Shown: piece after piece, positions 60,673 through 64,000 of the stretch | Position numbering within the stretch: position 1 is the first letter of the stretch | Layout of the letters: each line of letters starts with the position of its first letter | Assembly: GCA_963761335.1 (NCBI GenBank) | Contig: CAVXGR010000015.1 | Coordinates: 192,001 to 256,000 of the forward strand | DNA: 64,000 nt | Reading direction: 5' to 3' | DNA from: an uncultured delta proteobacterium | Lineage (GTDB): Bacteria > Desulfobacterota > Binatia > HRBIN30 > BPIQ01 | Made by a program: the position numbers and the translations under genes | Notes under the pieces: generated by a model | Seen by the model: only the letters and a program-made list of their open reading frames with translations | Databases searched by the model: none | What the model was told of the DNA's origin: nothing

Positions 60673-61836
60673 TCAGGCGACGCCCGGGCTCCAGCCGGTC
60701 TCCAGGTCCCCCTTGCGCAGGCGTCCGGCGATGACGATCTGCTGCACCTCGCTGGAGCCGTCGTAGACGCGCACCACGCGGGCGTCGCGCCAGATGCGCT
60801 CGATCATGTACTCGCCGCGGATGTAGCCGTTGCCGCCGAAGATCTGCACGGCATCGTCCACCGTCTGCCAGAGGCTCTCGCCGGCCAGCAGCTTTGCCGT
60901 GGAAGATTCGCGGATGGCCGGCCGGCCGCGGTCGAGGAGCCAGGCGCTGCGATAGACCACCAGGCGCGCCGCCTCCGTGCGGACGCTCATCTGCGCCAGG
61001 CGAAAGGCGATCGTCTGATGCTCCGCCAGCGGCTTGCCGAAGGTCTGCCGATCCTGGGCGTACTCCAGGGCCAGCTCCATCGCCTTCTGGCTGGCGCCGA
61101 CGCAGCGTCCGCTCAGGGTGGTACGCCCCTCGGCGAGGCAGCGCTTGGCGTACTCGAATCCCTTTCCCTCCTCGCCGACGAGGGCCTCGGTGGGAATCCG
61201 GCAATCGTCGAGGACGATCTCCGAGATGCGTGAGCCCTGATGGCCGAGGGTGTCGAACACCTGTCCGATCTGCACGCCGGGACTGTCGGCGTCGACGATG
61301 AATGCGGAGATGCCGTTGTCGGTGCGCGCGAAGAGAAAGAAATGGTGCGCGTTGGGGGCGTTGGTGATGAAGGTCTTGCGACCGTTGAGCACATAGCCGT
61401 CGCCGCGGCGCTCGGCGCGGGTCTGCAGCGAGCCGGCGTCCGAGCCGGCGCCGGGCTCGGTGAGGGCGAAGGATCCGAGCCACTCGCCGGACGCCATCTT
61501 CGGCAGGTAGTGCTGCTTCTGCGCCTCACTGGCGAAGCGGATGATGCCGACGCAGCCGATGCCGGTGTGCACGCTGATGTAGCTCGCCAGGCCCCAGGGC
61601 CCGCGGCCCAGCATCTCGTGAACCAGCGTCTTCTGCACCACGTTGAGCCCGAGACCGCCGTACTCGTGCGGGATGCTGAGGCCGAAGAGCCCCAGGTCGC
61701 GCACTCCGTCCAGCAGGCGCGCCGGAAGCTCATCGGTCTTGTCGATCTCCTTCCAGCAGGTGTTCGCCTGCTCCTCGACGAACTCGCGCACCGAATCGCG
61801 CAGCATCAGATCTTCGTCTGAAAGGGAAAAGTCCAT
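60673..61836 (-). CDS. Acyl-CoA dehydrogenase
   Basis: FALTEPGAGSD, LNGRKTFITN, RQTFGKPL, QIFGGNGY, YDGSSE. Confidence 0.95.
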   Translation of the reverse strand: MDFSLSDEDLMLRDSVREFVEEQANTCWKEIDKTDELPARLLDGVRDLGLFGLSIPHEYGGLGLNVVQKTLVHEMLGRGPWGLASYISVHTGIGCVGIIRFASEAQKQHYLPKMASGEWLGSFALTEPGAGSDAGSLQTRAERRGDGYVLNGRKTFITNAPNAHHFFLFARTDNGISAFIVDADSPGVQIGQVFDTLGHQGSRISEIVLDDCRIPTEALVGEEGKGFEYAKRCLAEGRTTLSGRCVGASQKAMELALEYAQDRQTFGKPLAEHQTIAFRLAQMSVRTEAARLVVYRSAWLLDRGRPAIRESSTAKLLAGESLWQTVDDAVQIFGGNGYIRGEYMIERIWRDARVVRVYDGSSEVQQIVIAGRLRKGDLETGWSPGVA

Positions 61837-62060
61837 GGATGGCGCCTCCGCAGGTTGGACCAGACAAGTACACAAATGCGCGGCCGGCAGCAAAACGTTT
61901 TCGATTGGGAGTGCGGCCATCTTGGCCGCCTCTGCTCTCTGACCGCCACTTGCGGCCGGGACCGTCGTGCTCCCAAGCGGCCGAGGTGACGGGGCGGCGC
62001 CAGTTATTGAGTACCTGCGGCAATTCGATATGAATCCGACACAGACCAAGGAGGACCATC

Positions 62061-62507
62061 ATGTGGAAGGAGTTCAAAGAGTTCGCCATGCGGGGCAACG
62101 CCCTCGACATGGCCGTGGGCATCATCATCGGCGCCGCCTTCGGCAAGGTGGTGTCGTCACTGGTGGCGGACGTGCTGATGCCGCCGATCGGCCTGCTGCT
62201 CGGCAAGGTCGACTTCTCCAACCTCTTCGTCAACCTTTCGGGCAAGCCGTACGTCTCGGTGGCCGAGGCGACGGCGGCGGGGGCGCCGACGCTCAACTAC
62301 GGCCTCTTCCTCAACACGATCATCAACTTTGTGATCGTCGCCTTCGCGGTCTTTCTGCTGGTGAAGCAGTTCAACCGCATGAAGCGCCAGCCCGGGGCGG
62401 TGCCGGCGGAGCCGACCACCAAGAACTGCCCCTACTGCGTGATGCCGATGGACATCAAGGCGACGCGCTGCCCGCACTGCACGGCGGAGCTAAAGCCGGC
62501 GGCCTGA
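62061..62507 (+). CDS. mscL: Large-conductance mechanosensitive channel with C-terminal Zn ribbon
   Basis: [37 protein letters not shown]. Confidence 0.95.
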   Translation: MWKEFKEFAMRGNALDMAVGIIIGAAFGKVVSSLVADVLMPPIGLLLGKVDFSNLFVNLSGKPYVSVAEATAAGAPTLNYGLFLNTIINFVIVAFAVFLLVKQFNRMKRQPGAVPAEPTTKNCPYCVMPMDIKATRCPHCTAELKPAA

Positions 62508-62587
62508 GGGAATCGGGGACAGGCATCTTTTCGGCGACCAATGGCCGCCGTGAATCCGGGGGACTCTTCGCGCCGAAAAGAAGCCTG

Positions 62588-62765
62588 CTTCGAAAATCTG
62601 TTGGGTGTGCGCTTCGGGGGCGCGTTCCCTCTCCCCGCGGAAAGATGCGGGGAGAGGAGACCCGCCCCCGTGGCGCGGAAGTATCATCGCAAGCGTCTGA
62701 TCAGTGAATCAGGACGCCGTCCATTTTCATCGTCTGTTGGTGAGCCGCAGGCTCATGACGCACTG
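62588..62765 (-). mobile_element. Non-coding cassette, family A copy 2 (178 bp)
   Basis: CTTCGAAAATCTGTTGG...ATTTTCATCGTCT..GAGCCGCAGGCTCATGACGCA-CTG. Confidence 0.75.
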
Positions 62766-63119
62766 CTTCGAAAATCTGTTGGATGAAGGCTCTACCGGAG
62801 CCCCGACGCTGGGGTCGAGGGTGTCGCCCTGGAGGGGCGCAGGCGTAGAGGCCGCGTGAAACACGTCGATGAGGCTTCCCACGCGCCCAGCGCTGATCAT
62901 CGGCGCACACGCGCCAAGATCGAGGGAAATGTGGCCGCGCCCCTGGCGGGGCGCGTATGACGGATCGCGCATTTCTCCCCGGGTTTCACCCGGGGCTACA
63001 CGCCACCGCCCCTCCGGGGCGAACTTCGCCCCGGCGAGAACCTCCAAATCTCCTGCCGGGGCGGAGCCCCAGCCTCATTTTCATCGTCTTTGGCGAGCCG
63101 TGAGGCTCATGATGCACTG
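62766..63119 (-). mobile_element. Non-coding cassette, family A copy 3 (354 bp)
   Basis: Same ends as copy 2; interior homologous to 14211-14661. Confidence 0.75.
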
Positions 63120-63129
63120 TCCCCTTCCC

Positions 63130-63969
63130 TCAGCGGCTCAGGAACACCGGGCAATGGCTGTTGCGCAGCACGTACTCGGTGGTGCTGCCGAGCACCATCT
63201 CGACGATGCGGCTGTGGCCGTAGGCGCCGATGAAGAGCAGGTCGTGCTGGCGATCGCCGATGAACTCGGCGATGTGCTCGGGCGCGTGGCCGGCCTCCTC
63301 GAGCTCGTCGGTCACCTCCAGGCTGTAGGAGTCGAGATAGCGGCGCGCCTCGTCGAGGGTCTTGCGGCCCTGAACGGCGTCCTTGTTGACGTGCAGCACG
63401 GTGAGCGGCAGGCGCAGCTGGGAGCAGAAGTCGGCGGCCGCCGCCAGGGCGGCCGAGGCCCGCTGGCTGCCGTCGTAGGCCAGCAGGGGCCGGGAGACCT
63501 CGCGGAACTCGGTGCTGCACACCCACACCGGCTTCGGGCTCTTGCGGGTGACGCTCTCGGCGCTGCCGCCGAGGAGTCCGGTGGAGAACTTCTCGTTGAT
63601 GCCGCGATGGCCGATGACCACCAGGTCGGCGGTGCGGGCGCGCTCGCAGATCTCGTTTGGCACGATGCCGATGCCGAGCACGGTCTCGTAGGGGACGTCG
63701 GCGGCGCCGGCCTCGTTGCGGAACTCCTCGAGCAGCGCCTCGCCGCGCTCCTGCAGCACCTCGCGCATCTTGGTGGAGAAGTCGAGGTAAGGCTCGAAGC
63801 CGAGCGAGCCGGAGATGTCGTGGAAGAAGGAGCCCTCGATGGAGACGATATCGACGACGTGGAGGCCGACGACGCGGGCCTCGAATCGCCGGCCGAGCCA
63901 CAGGGCGTAGCGCGTGGCGGTACGGGAATGCTCGGAGCCGTCGAGGCCCACCAGGATGGTCTTGATCAT
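63130..63969 (-). CDS. Tandem-domain universal stress protein
   Basis: ILVGLDGS, DLVVIG, LLAYDGS, GAYGHSR..LGSTT. Confidence 0.92.
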   Translation of the reverse strand: MIKTILVGLDGSEHSRTATRYALWLGRRFEARVVGLHVVDIVSIEGSFFHDISGSLGFEPYLDFSTKMREVLQERGEALLEEFRNEAGAADVPYETVLGIGIVPNEICERARTADLVVIGHRGINEKFSTGLLGGSAESVTRKSPKPVWVCSTEFREVSRPLLAYDGSQRASAALAAAADFCSQLRLPLTVLHVNKDAVQGRKTLDEARRYLDSYSLEVTDELEEAGHAPEHIAEFIGDRQHDLLFIGAYGHSRIVEMVLGSTTEYVLRNSHCPVFLSR

Positions 63970-64000
63970 CCGGCGGCGAAGGTAGCACCTGCGCGCCGCG

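Larger units (their letters stand above)
62515..63124. repeat. GGGGACAG...CTGTCCCC hairpin whose right arm is split by two tandem family A cassettes
   Basis: GGGGACAGGCATCTTTTCGGCG vs reconstructed CGCCGAAAAGAAGC-CTG-TCCCC, 21/22 match. Confidence 0.8.

Overview
GC-rich bacterial chromosome segment. Gene style (Cys-rich secreted proteins, dockerin-like motifs, LLM oxidoreductases) suggests Candidatus Binatia/Binatota, but that is inference. About 50 mostly ordinary genes are present: a sulfatase, a GH3 glycosidase, rsmE, a double-domain thyX, a sigma54-driven ASRT/TPP-enzyme/enolase/FAD-oxidoreductase operon, larC, an HK-RR-pspA operon, mpg, a NorQ/NorD-like pair, patatin, a thiolase with its OB-fold partner, an acyl-CoA dehydrogenase, mscL and a Usp. 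A mobile-element hotspot lies at about 5.7-11.9 kb. The most striking feature is a 3360-bp large-serine-recombinase element (5830-9189) whose ends can be placed at a shared TT dinucleotide. Removing it restores, in frame, an IS91-like transposase C-terminal remnant. Joining its ends into a circle puts an SD-preceded ATG, which overlaps the recombinase stop, in frame with an otherwise start-less DUF5372-like ORF, so that gene would be complete only after excision. Also notable: a family of non-coding cassettes with shared ends and different cargo, inserted at GGACAG^GC (two in tandem inside one hairpin arm), and an HUH/RAYT transposase flanked by long inverted repeats. All family assignments are by eye; no searches were run.
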